Positions 25,035 to 38,488 of a stretch of 64,000 nt of DNA are shown in pieces. The DNA is from Malacoraja senta (lineage: Eukaryota), in assembly GCA_038087875.1 (NCBI GenBank), contig CM075999.1, positions 124,001-188,000 of the forward strand. The letters are read 5' to 3'. Position numbers and translations under genes: made by a program. How positions within the stretch are numbered: the first letter of the stretch is position 1; every line of letters begins with the position of its first letter. The notes under the pieces were generated by a model. That model ran no database searches and was not told where the DNA came from. It saw only the letters and a list, made by a program, of their open reading frames with translations.

Positions 25035-25477
25035 CCAGTACTAGAAAGAGTGCAAAGAAGATTTACAAGGATGTTGCCAGGACTTGAGAGCCTGAGCTGT
25101 AGGGAGAGGTTGGGCAGGCTAGGACTTTATTCCTTGGAGCGCAGGAGGATGAGGGGTGATCTTATAGAGGTGCACAAAATTATGAGGGAAATAGATAGGG
25201 TAGATGCACAGGGACATTTACCCAGAGTCGGGGAATCAAGAACCGGAGGTTTAAGGTGAGAGGGGAACGATTTAATTGGAACTTGATGGATATATGGTGG
25301 GTATATGGAACGAGCTGCCAGAGGAGCTCAGGGAGGTACTATAACAACATTTAATGGATGTTTGGACAGATACATGGATAGGAAAAGTTTGGAGGGATGT
25401 GAGCCAAACAGGTAAATATGACTAGTCTCGATGGGGCATGTTGGTCGGCATGGACGTTGAGCTGAAGGGCCTGTTTC
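25035..25477 (+). mobile_element. CR1 3' fragment
   Basis: QRRFTRMLPGLE...LGLYSLERRR and 3'UTR; the tail resumes at ~25815 after an insertion. Confidence 0.85.
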
Positions 25478-25810
25478 AAGGTCAGTTTATTGTCACATGT
25501 ACCAATTAAGGTACAGTGAAATTTGAGTTACCATACAGCCATACTAAGTGAAAAGCAACAAGACAGACAACCACATAAAAGTTAACATAAACATCCACCA
25601 GAGTGGATTCCACATGTGATGGAAGGCAATAAAGTTCAATCTCTTTGTTCTCCTGCGGTCGGGGCAGTCAAACCATCCGCAGGCGGGGCGATCAAAACCC
25701 CCGCAGCCGACTATCGAAGCCCCCGTCGGGGGGATCGAAACTCCCACGTCGGGGCGGTTGAAACTCTCTCCGCAGCATGGAGCTCCCGAGTCGGCCTCTT
25801 CTTACCATAC
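25478..25810 (-). mobile_element. Non-autonomous retroposon with Rex1-like 3' tail
   Basis: Minus strand ends ttcactgtacc-ttaatt-ggtacatgtgacaataaa; 4-5 sub-repeats like tttcgatcgccccgac; inserted in a CR1 tail. Confidence 0.6.
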
Positions 25811-27091
25811 CGCATGTTTTCATGTGGTATGACTCTGTGATTCTTCCCAGACCAGATCCCCTAGTTCGGGACTGAGATGTTTAAATTTACTGGTAATGTA
25901 TTGTCAATTTGCATTCAGCTGTTCGGAAGAACAAACATAGATTGAAATACCAATTGCTAGGCTTGAGTACTTTATCAAAGCAACACTGCATGGTTCACAT
26001 TGATATAATGACTGGAAGTTTTCTCATATTTTCTGATGACAAAGGAAGAAACCATTCGATCTGTCGTGTCTTTACCACTTTTTCTGAACTATTTATGTCC
26101 TCTTATTTTCCCCTGTAATCTATTCTCCTTCACATGCCGAATTTTCCTACCACCTGTACATTAAGGGTAACTAGTGTGATTGGGTGATCGATGGTCGGAG
26201 TGGACTCAGTGGATCGAAGGGCCTGTTTCAATGCTGTATCCTTCATTCCATCAAACCTACCAACCCGTATGTCTTTGGTGTGTGGGAGGAAACCGAGCAA
26301 CCAAACGAAATCAACGTGATCACAGGGAGAACGTGCGAACTCCACTCAAACAACACTGAAAGTCAGGAAATCCTGGTTCACTATGGATATGAACAACAGC
26401 ACTACCTGCTGTGCCTCTCTGCTGCCGCTGATATACAAACATCAAAGGTATTTACTATTGTCGTCCTAAAGTTATACAGTGCAGGAGCAGATGCTTCGGC
26501 CCACCGTGTCCATGTCAACCACAATGTACATATCTGTAGAAAAGTGCTGGAGTTACTCAGTGGGTCAGGCAGAGTCTCAAAAGAACATGGACAGGTAACG
26601 TTCCGGGTTAGGACCCTTGTTCAGTCTGACGTCCGAAACGTTACCTATCTATGTTCTCCACCGATGCCGCCTGATCTGTTGAGTTGCTCCATCATTTTAT
26701 GTCCTTTTGTGTAAACCAGCATTTGCAGTTCCTTGATTTTACCTATTCATACAATCCCATTTTCAGCATTTTTGGACAGATATATTGGTAGGAAGGGTTT
26801 AAAGGGTTATGGGCCTAATGCATGTTAATGGATTAGGCCCATAACTCAACCTGCTAACTTGAGCAGCAAGCACAAGGCTGGCTGACGGGCCTGTTTCCAT
26901 GTTGTACAACTATGACCGTGACATTTAGAAACATAGAAACATAGAAAATAGGTGCAGGAGGAGGCCATTCGGCCCTTCGAGCCAGCACCGCCATTCATTG
27001 TGATCATGGCTGATCACTTGCTTCATTGCTTTCAGTGCCTTAGTGATTCAAGTGCCCTTCTAGATATTCATAAATTATTGTGAGAGTCTCA

Positions 27092-27300
27092 AAGGCCTGT
27101 CCCACTTGGCAATTTTTTCGGCGACTGTCAGCGTCATATCAGGGTCGCCAAAAGATTTTGAACATTTCAAAATCCAGCGGCGACAAAAAATATGTTGCGA
27201 CACTTGCGGAAACACCATGCGTCATCACGTCGCGTCACGCTGCGACTGTTTTGGTGACATGATACGTCAGTCAATGATGCCGGCAGTGGCACATGCCCTT
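27092..27300. mobile_element. Degenerate MITE related to 60930-61396
   Basis: Left end aaggcctgtcccact, decayed right end agtggcacatgccctt, CpG-rich interior. Confidence 0.65.
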
Positions 27301-28607
27301 CAGCCTCCACCACCCCCACAGGATGTGCGTTACAAACTCTAACCCCACCAGAGGGTGATAGAATTCTTCCTCAGATCTCTTCTAAATATCCTACCCCTTA
27401 CCTTAAGTCTATACCCTCAGCTCTAGACACCTCTAGACACACTAGGGGCAATTTACAGAGGCCAACCTTCAAACCCACATGTCTTTGGGATGTGGAAGGA
27501 AACCGAAGCATCTAGAGGAGATTCTCACAATCACAGGGAGAATGTACAAACCACACAGAGACAGCACCCAAGGTCAGAATCGACCCTGGGTCTCTGGCAC
27601 TGTGAGGTAGCAGCTTTAGCAGCTGTGCCACTGTGGCCCACACTCTGCTGCCACACCTCTGCTATGGTAGATAGTTTCCTGCTATCTATGTCTATAGAAC
27701 ATAAAACAGTATAGAAACAGGAACAGGCCCTTCGGCCCATAATGTCCACGCCGAACATAATGTTAAAATAAATGAATCTCCTCTGCCTATGCATGGTGCA
27801 TCTCACTCCATTCCCTGCATATCCATGTGCCTATTTTAAAGCTTCTTTAAAAGCCTCATAATTCTGCATACCTCTATCAGATCTCCCTCAGCCTCCTCTG
27901 CTCCATGGCCAATAAACTTAGCATGTCCACTCTCTCCTCATAACTGAAATATTCCAACAAATACAACATCCTGCCAAATTGTCCTGTTCCCTCTCCAATG
28001 CAAAGTTGACTTTAATTAAGTGAGTCATCTACGTGAAAGTTTTGACCTGGTTTTGTGAGTCAAATCAGTAACTACGCAATGAATTCCCTTTGGGAATGCT
28101 GAAGATAGAATCTGTGTCTTTAGCCTTTGATGCCTCCCTCTCCTGACTCATGAAGTCCTAAAGAAGTCACCGAGAGTTCTGGAACATATCTCTTCTGGCT
28201 GTAGGGAGACATTTTGGAGGTGGGACTGCTTTTTATTTGGAAGGACATCAAGCTAATAAAAAATCCAAAAGGAAATTCTGCGCCGTGCTAATGCGATGTT
28301 CCAGAAGACAGGGCCAAACCAGGTTCTGTGTCTAACGCATACAACAAGATAAATGACGCTTTGTGGACATTGATGTAGTTAATATTGAGGACGGTGGTTC
28401 ATCAGCATTCTGCGATATACACAGCATACCTTAATCTGAAATCGATGGTGATCGAGGTAGAAAGTACCTGACTAGCTTACAAATGAAGGTGAATTAAGAA
28501 CCAGGCAAATTTAAAAAACACAGACATTTTTAGAGCATGAACACATAATATTTTTCAGCTCTATTATTTTGTCAGACATTTCGGCAAAGATTTATAAGCA
28601 CCCCATT

Positions 28608-28930
28608 TTAGTTCTAAAAATACAGCATGGAAACAGGCCCTTCGGCCCACCAAGTCTACGTTGACCATCGATCACTCGTTCACACTAATTCTATGTCATC
28701 CAACTTTCACACCAACTCCTTACACACTTGGGGAAATTTGCAGAGGCCAATTAACCTACAAACCCGCACGTCTTTGGGATGTGGGAGGAAACCGGAACAC
28801 CCAGAGGAAACCCACTCTGTCACAGGGAAAATGTGCAAACTCCACACACTGACAGTACCCGAGGTCAGGATCGAACCCAGGTCTCTGGCGCTGTGAGGCA
28901 GCAGCTCTACCAGCTGTGCCACAGTGCCAC
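28608..28930 (-). mobile_element. HE1/V-SINE-type SINE
   Basis: Full-length reverse copy. Confidence 0.9.
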
Positions 28931-29504
28931 ACTGGTACTGAATTGGGGAAGGGAATGATGGGATTGGTGTGACTAACATTCCTCAATTGTTTTGGGCTTT
29001 GTGTATCCCTGGCTTAGAACCAGTGTGAAGGTACGAAGGAGAATAGGGTTGGTGCCCGGATAGCTAGAGTTCTGGATGCTGGAGAAAGAACATTGTAGAT
29101 TGTTGCTATGATCAGATATACCAGGGCAGATGGAAATAGGGTTTAGCTTAGTTCAGATTAATTTAGTTTAGAAATACAGTGTGGAAACAGGCCCTTCGGC
29201 CCACCGAGTCCATGCCGCCCAACAATCCTTGCATAGTAACACCATCCTACACTTACTAGGGACAATTTACAATTATACCAATCCAATTAACCTACAGACC
29301 TGCACATCTTTGGAGTGTACAAAGACTGGCCTTGTGAGCCCTGTAGCAAGCACTGTCAATTAGTTTCTAGCTTTGCACCTGCCTTTAGCCATGGATAAGC
29401 ATATTTTGGGGTCATGACCCTTCTTGCCGACCCGAAACGTTGTCTGTCCATTCCCTCCATCTGATGCTGACTGACCCGCTGAGTTCCTCTAGCAGTTTGT
29501 GGCT

Positions 29505-29712
29505 TAATAATAGTAATAATAGATTTTATTTTAAGGGCGCCAAATACCGAGGTCTCTAGGACACCTTACAATTTAAGAAACATATAAACATATAAACATA
29601 TAATCAGAGTAAAATAAGTTATAAAGACATCACCAATACATAAATTAAAAACAGAAATTTGATCCAAAAAAAAACAACAACAAAATTCAGAAAACACAAC
29701 ATGAAGGGAGCT
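29505..29712 (-). mobile_element. L2-type 3' end with (ATT)n tail
   Basis: Minus strand ...aaggtgtcctagagacctcggtatttggcgcccttaaaataaaatct(att)n; near-identical copy at 63813-64000. Confidence 0.65.
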
Positions 29713-31524
29713 TAGGTAGATATAAGTGCTTTTCAATCCTCCCATGTCTATTGTGTCTCCAACTTCTGGTGGGAACAATTAGGAATACTTGCCACAGAAA
29801 GCAAGGCGACAGAGGGAATGGCACAGGAATCTACGTCAGAAACCCAGACAGAAAGAGCAGATTATTTAACAGGAACACACTTGGAATCATCTGTTCTCAT
29901 TTGAGAACGTAGCACAGGTTGGCAAAATAAATAAGCAAAATGATTCATGAGTTTGTGCCTAACAGTAGAAAAAATGAATCAGATTTGTCATGTATTCCCT
30001 GTGTAGAAATAGAAAATGCTGTGACTACTCAAATTGCAGTCTGACCTCTTCCACTCCCCCCCCCCCCCCTCCACCTCTTCCCTGTGCCCCACCTGGATGT
30101 GCACCCATTTCTCTTACAATCCCACCCCCATTCCCCTTCCCACCATCCATTTCCATCTGTATTCCTTCTTCTGGCTTCACATTTCTGGCCTCATCTATCC
30201 TTTTCTCCTTATCTCACAGTCTTTTATCTGTTCATCCCCCACCCCTGCCCCCACCTCTCTTCCAGCTTTCTCCCTCATACTACAATCAGTCTGACCTGAA
30301 ACGTCGCTGATTCACGTTCTCCACAGATGATACCTGACCCGTCGAGTTACTCAAGCACTTTGTGTCTTTAATGAAATGGCCTACTCCTGCACCTATTGTC
30401 TATTGTCCATCTGAACTATTTTCCTCTCCACAGGCACAAAGCCTTTGCAACATGTTCTGCTTTTATCTCACATTCTCAGTGTGCAGCGGTGGTGTGTTTC
30501 GCTATCGCGGGGCCTCTCCTGTACGGCTAACAAACTGCAGGCATCTTTTAAGCTTTGATCAACGATCAGTAACAACCTCAACAAAAATAACTTAGGTGGA
30601 ATCAATACGTATCTGACTGTCAAAACACTGCAGGGAGTAAATTGGATAGGATCTGGAGAGATACATAAGGCAAGTGAGCTGCTTTGAAGTCTGCCTGGAT
30701 TAGAGGGATACTAGCTACAAGGAGATGTTAGACAAGCTTGGATTGTTTCTCTGGAATATCAGAGGTTGAGAGGCGACCTGATAAAAGTTTATAAAATTAT
30801 GAGAGGAATAGATAGCGTAGACAGTCAGAATCTTCTTCCCAGGATAGCTTTAAGGTGAGAGGGGCAAAGTTTAAAGGAGATGTACAGGGCAAGTTTTTAT
30901 TCACACAGAGAGTCGTGGGTGCCTGGAACAAATTGCCAGGGGTGGTGCTGAAGGCAGGTATGATAGTGGTGATTAAGAGGCTTTTAGAAAGGCACAGGTC
31001 AGGCAGCATCAGTTGAATGAGGAACACGGCTAATGCTTCAGGCTGATGCTGTTCTTCAGAATTGATAGAAAGTATTGATCTGTGATGTTAGACTTTATCT
31101 CTGTCCATGCTTCCCATCTTCGTGAGTAATTTCAACATTTCCTACTTTTATTTCAGTTTCCCAACATTTGCAATTTTTTTACAAAAGAACCCAGTTGTTA
31201 CCTTCACCAGAATGGAGAATAATTGCTGTCAGATTCTCTTCATTCTTTAATAAGGATGCCAGATTTATCCATTCAGTTTCCTCCATGTAACATTCCATTA
31301 ACTATGTCATTCTTCAGTTCATTGTTGCAGGTTTTTGAATGCATTCTTTCTTAATTATGCTTCCCATATGAGCACAATTTAGTTGCACCATCACAACTCC
31401 TAACTCGAACCCCCCCCCCCCCCCCCCCATTACCTCTGACATGGAGTCATGCAGCACAAAATCAGGCCATTTGGCCTACCATGTCCATACTGCCCTTTAT
31501 CCTTATTGATTGGATTGACTGATT

Positions 31525-31822
31525 GAAACATACAGCTCGGAACAGGCCCTTCGGCCCACCAAGTCCATGCCAAACATTGATATCCCATTCACACTAGCTC
31601 CATGTTATCCTACTTTCTCTTCCACTCCCTACGCCCTAGGGCCAATTAACCTGTGAACCCGCATGTCTTTGGGATGTGGGAGGAAACGGGAGCACCCGGA
31701 GGAAACCTGCGCAGTCACAGGGAGAACTTGCAATCTCCACACAAAAAGCACAAGGTCAGGAGCGAACCTGGGTCTCTGGTTATATGAGGCAGCAGCTCTA
31801 CCAGCTGCGCCACTGTGCCGCC
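31525..31822 (-). mobile_element. HE1/V-SINE-type SINE
   Basis: Full-length reverse copy. Confidence 0.88.
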
Positions 31823-32744
31823 AAGATGTGCTTCTGCTGAACAGTCTTGCATATTAATATGGAACACTTTAACATTTGCAACCTACACCAATTACTAATA
31901 CAATTCAAGAAAAGTGCATCGATACTTTGTTTAAGGTAAAACTGTCACGGAGTGATGCTGGCTCTAAATAAATGTATTATGCATTCAGATTCATATTCTC
32001 TCCCGAGTCCTATTAGTCGACTGACAGTGCTGGTTAGGTCCCTTGATATGGTCAACATTTTGTAAAGATAAGTTTAAAATGGAAATTCAATTAACAGGTA
32101 GGAAATTACCACCATCACATTGCAAATGTTCTTACAAAAGTAAGAAGCAATCGCGATCTAATTTGGATAATGGCAAAATGTTTAAATTATTTATCATTGA
32201 TGGCTCAGTCATGGGAGATAAAAATATAACCCAGATAGCAGGGCTGTTTGATTTACTTATCACCTTGAGCTTTCGAATACTGGCTTCATTTCACAGGTCG
32301 TTTGACCTCCTCCTCGATGTTCCACTTCCTCTTGGGGGTGGATGTGGTGAGTCATCGTCTGCACCTTAAATCTTAATTGTCTTCTTTGCTTCGAGCTCAG
32401 CTATCCAGTAAATCGGTCACATTTCTGCTGCTGCACTTGGAGGCATCAGGTTATGTAAGGCAGCAGTACACAAAATAAGTTCCACTTCTGATTTAATATG
32501 GAACCTCCCTCAAGCTTCCAGTTCCAGCTGCTAATGTTTGGAAGCATGCTGCAGCCTGATCGTGCGCTGTTCCTGCTTGCTCTAACTTAACTCTTTAGCT
32601 GACTAGATCTGTGAACAGCGCAAGTCTCTGGTTCCTGGTAACTCCTGGTACCATTGATCTTCCTCTGCTTGGTCATTACACCTGACCTCTCGTGATACAT
32701 TTCAAGAGAGAGTCAAGTCAGGAATGTTTCTTTGTCATATGTCG

Positions 32745-32980
32745 GAGGGGGGAGTGGACGCTGGCGTTAAATTGCCGCTGCTCTTTCCTCAAGTTGTGCT
32801 TCTGATTTTCTTTTTTTTGTGTTTTTGGAAGGAATTCTGTCCCTGATTTATGTATTGGTCTTTATAACCTATTTTTTTTAAAATTCTGATTATATGTTTT
32901 CTATAAATCTCTGTATGGTGTCCTTGAGACCTCGGTATAAGGCGCCCGTAAATAAAATCCATTATTATTATTATTATTAT
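32745..32980 (+). mobile_element. L2-type 3' end with (ATT)n tail
   Basis: gtgtccttgagacctcggtataaggcgcccgtaaataaaatcc(att)n; flanked by an atatgt duplication. Confidence 0.65.
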
Positions 32981-34174
32981 ATGTACCGACAATGGAACAA
33001 TGACATTCTTTCTTGCAGCAGCACAACAGTCTGTAAACACAGTATGCGTAGATAATATGTAAAAAACAAAATAATCAATAACTTACCAGTGCAAAAAACC
33101 CCAAAGTCCTTAGTATAACCAAAGACAGTCCATAGTTCATGGCAAAGATAAGTCTTGGGTAGTGTTCAAGAGCCTGATGGTTGTTGGGAAGTAGATATTC
33201 CTGAATCTGGTGGTCATGGTTTTCAGGCTCCTGTACCTTGTTCCCAATGGTAGAAGTCACTGGTAGGATTTTCATCAATTTTCTCCTAATCTTAATGTCC
33301 TTTGAATGCTTGGGTGGTTTTTATTTATTTATCAGCAGCCTGCTCCTTACTGAATTTAAACAAAACCTGGTGATTGGGTGACACAAGGAACTGTACATGC
33401 TGGTTTACAAAGACTTTCTCCAGCTTTCCCCCTCCTACAGCAATCAGTCTGAAGAAGGGTCCCAACCCGAAATGTCACAAAACGCTGGAGTAACTCAGCG
33501 GGACAGGCAGAGGACTGTTCAGAAGCCTGGTAATAGAGGGGAGGAAGTCTCCACCTGTAACGTCACCCATTCCTTCTCTCCAGATATGTTGCCTGCCCCG
33601 CTGAGTTACTCCAGCTTTTTGTGTCCTCAGATGTAGACACACCCTACTACTTATCAAATCCCACCCACAAGGCCACTAAAAAAGATAAAACTAGAAATAC
33701 CTAGACATGGCTACAATATACTAACAAACATAAATGGCTCCTACATTCAGTTTAAACCAGCATCTGCAGTTCTTTCGTACACATTTTATCAATTTCTTTG
33801 CTGCCTGACCTGCTGAGTTCTTCCAGCACTTTGGGAATATGGGGAAAATAAAATGGGATCAGTGTATAATTAATGTAAATGAGGGCATGGATTTCATGGT
33901 CCGTAGGGCCTGCTTCCATGCTGTATGACCCCATGACTCATTAACCTTTCCCTCCTCAGTCATTCCTTTTTCTCCCTGCTCCCGTCAGGCACAAGATACA
34001 GAAGGATGAAAGCACGGACCGTCAGACTTGGGAATGGCTTCTTCCCCTCTAATATCAGGCTTCTGAACAGTCCTTCCATAAGCCAGGATACGGTCCGATT
34101 CACCTCTACTCCTTTGTGGACATTGGACTTTGTCTCTGGAACTGAACTCTGGAGCAATGCTGAGAACTATATTC

Positions 34175-35233
34175 ACTTGCACCTCCTACAAACGTATCTA
34201 CTGTAACCGTTGTTCAAGATGTGGACTCTTGTACATCGGCGAGACCAAACGTACACTGGGCGATCGTTTCGCTGAACACCTTCGCTCAGTCCGCCTGGAC
34301 CTATCTGATCTCCTGGTCGCTCAACTCTTTAATTCTCCTTCCCATTCCTACACTGACCTTTCTGTCCTAGGCCTCCTCCATTGTCAGCGTGAGGCTAAAT
34401 GCAAATTGGAGGAACAACATCTCATATTTCGCTTGGGAAGTTTGCAACCCAGGGGTATGAATATTGATTTCTCTAACTTGAATCAACCACTGCATTCCCT
34501 CGCGGAGATGGAGAGCATCCCTCCCAAAACAACACAATTTATTTGTCATTTGGACCCCGTTGTGGTCCAAACGAAATGTCGTTTCTGCAGCCATACATTA
34601 CAAAACGAAGAAGACCCGAGACACAACACAATTTACACATACATCCATCACAGCGCTGTGATGGAAGGCAAAAAAAACGTATCTCTCCACTGCACTCCCC
34701 CCCCCCCCCCCCCCCGATGTCAGAGTCAAAGTCAAAGCCCCCGGCGGGCGATGGTGATTGTCCCGCAGCCATTAAAGCCACGCCGGGTAATGCAAGGTCG
34801 CGCACCGGGTCTTGGTGTTAGAGCCCCGGCGTGCGCTTGCAAAGTCCCGCGGCCATTCCAAGCCGTGCGGGGCAATGATGTAAAGCCCCGCTCCAGGTGC
34901 TCTTCAACCCCGAAACTCGGGCGGGAGAAGTCGCCGCTGCGGAAGCCCCGAAAAGCGGTCTCCCACCAGGGACCCGCGGGCCTCCGGTGTCGCCCCACTC
35001 AAGTCTTCCGTTCTCACCTAGCTGCAGCCACCAATGACCTGTTTCCTTTATCATTGTTATTTGTTTGCATATCTTTCATTCATTTGTTCCGTGTTTCTCT
35101 ACATCATCGTCTATATCTCTCATTTTCCTTTCCTGTGACTTTCAGTCCGAAGAAGAGTCTTGACCCGAAACATCACCCAATCTTTCTCTCCAGAGATGCT
35201 GCCTGTCCCACTGATTTACTCCAGCATTTTGTG
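34175..35233 (+). mobile_element. Penelope-like element, 5'-truncated, with GIY-YIG endonuclease and 3' pLTR
   Basis: FTCTS..IYC.RCSRCGLLYIGETKRTLGDRFAEH...EEQHLIFRLGSLQPRGMN (~34172-34475); pLTR ~35143-35233; TSD actatattc at 34166-34174 and 35234-35242. Confidence 0.92.
34530..34995 (-). mobile_element. CpG-rich non-autonomous retroposon nested in Penelope
   Basis: Minus-strand tail atttcgtttggacc..ggtccaaatgacaaataaa; shares acatcca.cacag..gtgatggaaggc with 25478-25810. Confidence 0.55.
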
Positions 35234-36536
35234 ACTATATTCTGTACTCTGTAACTTCCTCTTCACTTTATCTATTGCACTTAGTTCAGCTTGATTGTAT
35301 TTATATAGAGTATTACCTGATCTGCTTGGATCGCATGCAAAATAAACCCTTTTTACTGTCCCTCAGTACCCGTGGCAATAATAAACCTAAGCCAAAATTG
35401 TGCTTTTAGTATAAACGTTAAAGATTTTGCACCAAACTTAGATATCCTTCCTACCATCAAAGGAAATAATATCTGGCTGGTAGGTTCTGTGGTGTTTATG
35501 GGATGGAGTCATAAAACTTGGCTGTTTTGTTTACTGCGTTTCAGCAAGTGATTCATTGTGTGTGATGTACATAAAACATGTTGACACAATAAAACACTCC
35601 AGCTGTAAATCTGTGGGCTTGAGTTGGTGACACCCTGCTTTGTGTACCGGTCCCATCTTTCAGTGAACAGGGTCCATACTTCTCTGCTTCCTGACCATTA
35701 AAGTTCAGTACGCTGGACTCGTGAAATTGAGACACGAGAAACTACAGCAGCATGAATCTACGGCAAAGTGCTGGAGTAACTCAACGGGTGGGGCAGCATC
35801 TGTAAGGAAATGGACAGCCGACATTTTGGGTCTTCAGACTGATTGTAGGAGGGGGAGGGGGGGGAGAGTTGCAAAATAGGTGGGGGAAGGGCAAAGCTCG
35901 GCAAGTGATAGGTGGATACATGTGAGGAGGCAATTGGATGGACTGAGTGAGCAGGGCTGCCAACTCTCATGCTCTCAGCGTGAGAATCACGCCTTGGAGC
36001 AAATTCTCACGCCCTCACGCTCATGACCGAGTTCTCATGCTGAGTTCAGTCCCTGCACAGTTTGTCCCTTTGCGCCGCGTGCCAGGGATCTGCACGGTCT
36101 GGCGAAGCGCGTCGGTTTCCGGCTGTGAGTGACGTCGCGTCTCTTCTCTCTTGGTTGGATGTGCAGCCGCCGGGTGTCAGCAGCTCTATGTGCCGGCTGT
36201 GAGCGCTGCGCTGCCGGCCGCCGCTGCAGCCTCGCTCCCTCCCTCCCTCCCTCCTGCCCTTCAACTCACACGGCAGCGCCAGCGCCGCCAATCCACGCTG
36301 CACTGTGCCCGCCAGACTCCCCATTGGGCGGCCGGGGAGAGAGAGGGAGGGGGGAAAGAGAGAGAGAGGGAAAGAAAAAAAGGGAGGGGTGGAGGCAAAG
36401 CGAGACAAGGGGAGGGAATGTAGAAAGGGGATGAAGGAAGGAAAGGAGAAAGTGGAGTAAGAGGGAGGGGGAGGAAAGAGGGAAGGATGGGGGCAGGAGT
36501 GAGGAAGGGGTGGATGGAGAGAGGGGGAAGAAAAGG

Positions 36537-36977
<441 letters not shown>

Positions 36978-38354
36978 GTCTGGGGAAGCGCGTCAGTTGG
37001 CGGCTGTGAGTGACGTTGCATCTCTTCTCTTCTTTCTTGGTTGGATGTGCAGCCGCCGACAACATGAAGCAGCCGGAGATAGAACTAACCAGGTGAATTG
37101 GTTGTAAAACATGGGGGGGACCACAATGAGGCCAAACATCTAGGACAGGGTTCGGCAACCTACAGCACACGGGCCGAATCCGGCCCGTAACCCGAAAAAA
37201 CACTTTTTTTTTTCAATTTGTTTTCACGGGGTCGGGGCAGGCAAGCCGACCTGAGAACTGCAGCCAGTCCCTGGGACGCGAGCTGATCTGGGAACGGCAG
37301 CCAGTCCCTGGGCACGCAGGATGCCAACTTGATCATTATGGATAAATTGGGCCAGCCATGTACATGTTGTATAACTCTGACTATGCAGATCTGAATGGGC
37401 TTAGAATGACCATTTAAGCAAAATTGCCCTCACTTTCCCCATTTTGATTCTTGAGATTAATATCCCTTTGCTCTGTTAACAGTACTTATGAGGTAGAGTC
37501 AGGAAAGGGAACATGTTATTTTCTTTTAGTTTGCTTTAATTTGTTAGTTGATTTTTTGTTGACTGCCATAATTTCTGAAATGGTCTTAATGTAACTTAAC
37601 TGTTATAAAGCAGTAATAAGTGATTTTTGTCCAAACAATTGGAACTTGCATAAAATGTTTGCATTATTAGCAGGGCTGCCAACTCTCACGCATTGAGCGT
37701 GAGACTCACGCCTTTCACAAAACTCTCATGCTCTCACGCTGATCACAAAATTATATAATGAGAATAGGACCTGTTTTGCTTAACAAATAGTGTAGGAAGG
37801 AATTGCAGATGCTGGTTTAAACTGAAGAAGACACTAAAAACTAGAAAAACTCAGCAGGACAGGCAGCATCTCTGGAGAGAAAGAATGGGTGATGTTTCAA
37901 GTCGAGACCTTCAGCCTGAAGAGGTTGAAAACCAGCCATAAAACACAATGACTGGACATGTGTGTTATCCAACTAAGGGCAGAAATCACAATCATGTGTT
38001 CATCTTTATTCACGTGACATCATAATAAATATATTACAGAAACAATAATTTAATGGGGTGGCACGGTGGCGCAGTGGTAGAGTTGCTGCCTCTATGGGTT
38101 TTCTCTGGATATTCCGGTTTCTCCCATATCCGAAAGAAGTGCAGGTTTGTAGGTTAATTGGCTTCTGTAAATTGTCCATGGCGTGATGGATGGAATTGGT
38201 GTATGATAGATTGCTGGTCGGTGTGGACTTTGTGGGCGGAAGGGCCTGTTTTCATATATATTTTTACATATATATCTTAATTTCATTGAACCATATATGA
38301 TTGAATATGTGGCATTATTTTCATCTTGTTTCTATATTCAAAGGGTAAGGTTGA

Positions 38355-38488
38355 AACCGTCTGAAGAAGGGTTTCGGCCCGAAACGTTGTCTATTTCCTT
38401 CGCTCCATAGATGCTGCCGCACCCGCTGAGTTTCTCCAGCAATTTTGTCTACCTTCGATTCTCCAGCATCTGTAGTTCCTTCTTGAAC
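38355..38488 (+). mobile_element. Solo young Penelope pLTR with hammerhead-like core
   Basis: ctgaagaagggtttcggcccgaaacgtt at 38361-38388; TSD aaggttga at 38347-38354 and 38489-38496. Confidence 0.8.

Larger units (their letters stand above)
33960..35390 (+). mobile_element. Rex1/Babar-type LINE 3' end split by Penelope
   Basis: LLPSGTRYRRMKARTVRLGNGFFPSNIRLLN; the 3'UTR resumes at 35243 and ends tactgtccctcagtacccgtggcaataataaa. Confidence 0.7.

Noticed and set aside
29505..29712. Segmental duplication with 63813-64000
   Set aside because: Similarity stops at the (ATT)n tail, as expected for independent retroposon 3' ends.
32270..32700. Exon-like GC-balanced unique sequence
   Set aside because: Minus-strand frames are interrupted, there is no convincing splice-site pair, and I recognise no protein.
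34130..35254. 374-aa ORF as a domesticated GIY-YIG gene
   Set aside because: Chimeric read-through of Rex1 UTR, a Penelope fragment and a nested repeat; non-ATG start.
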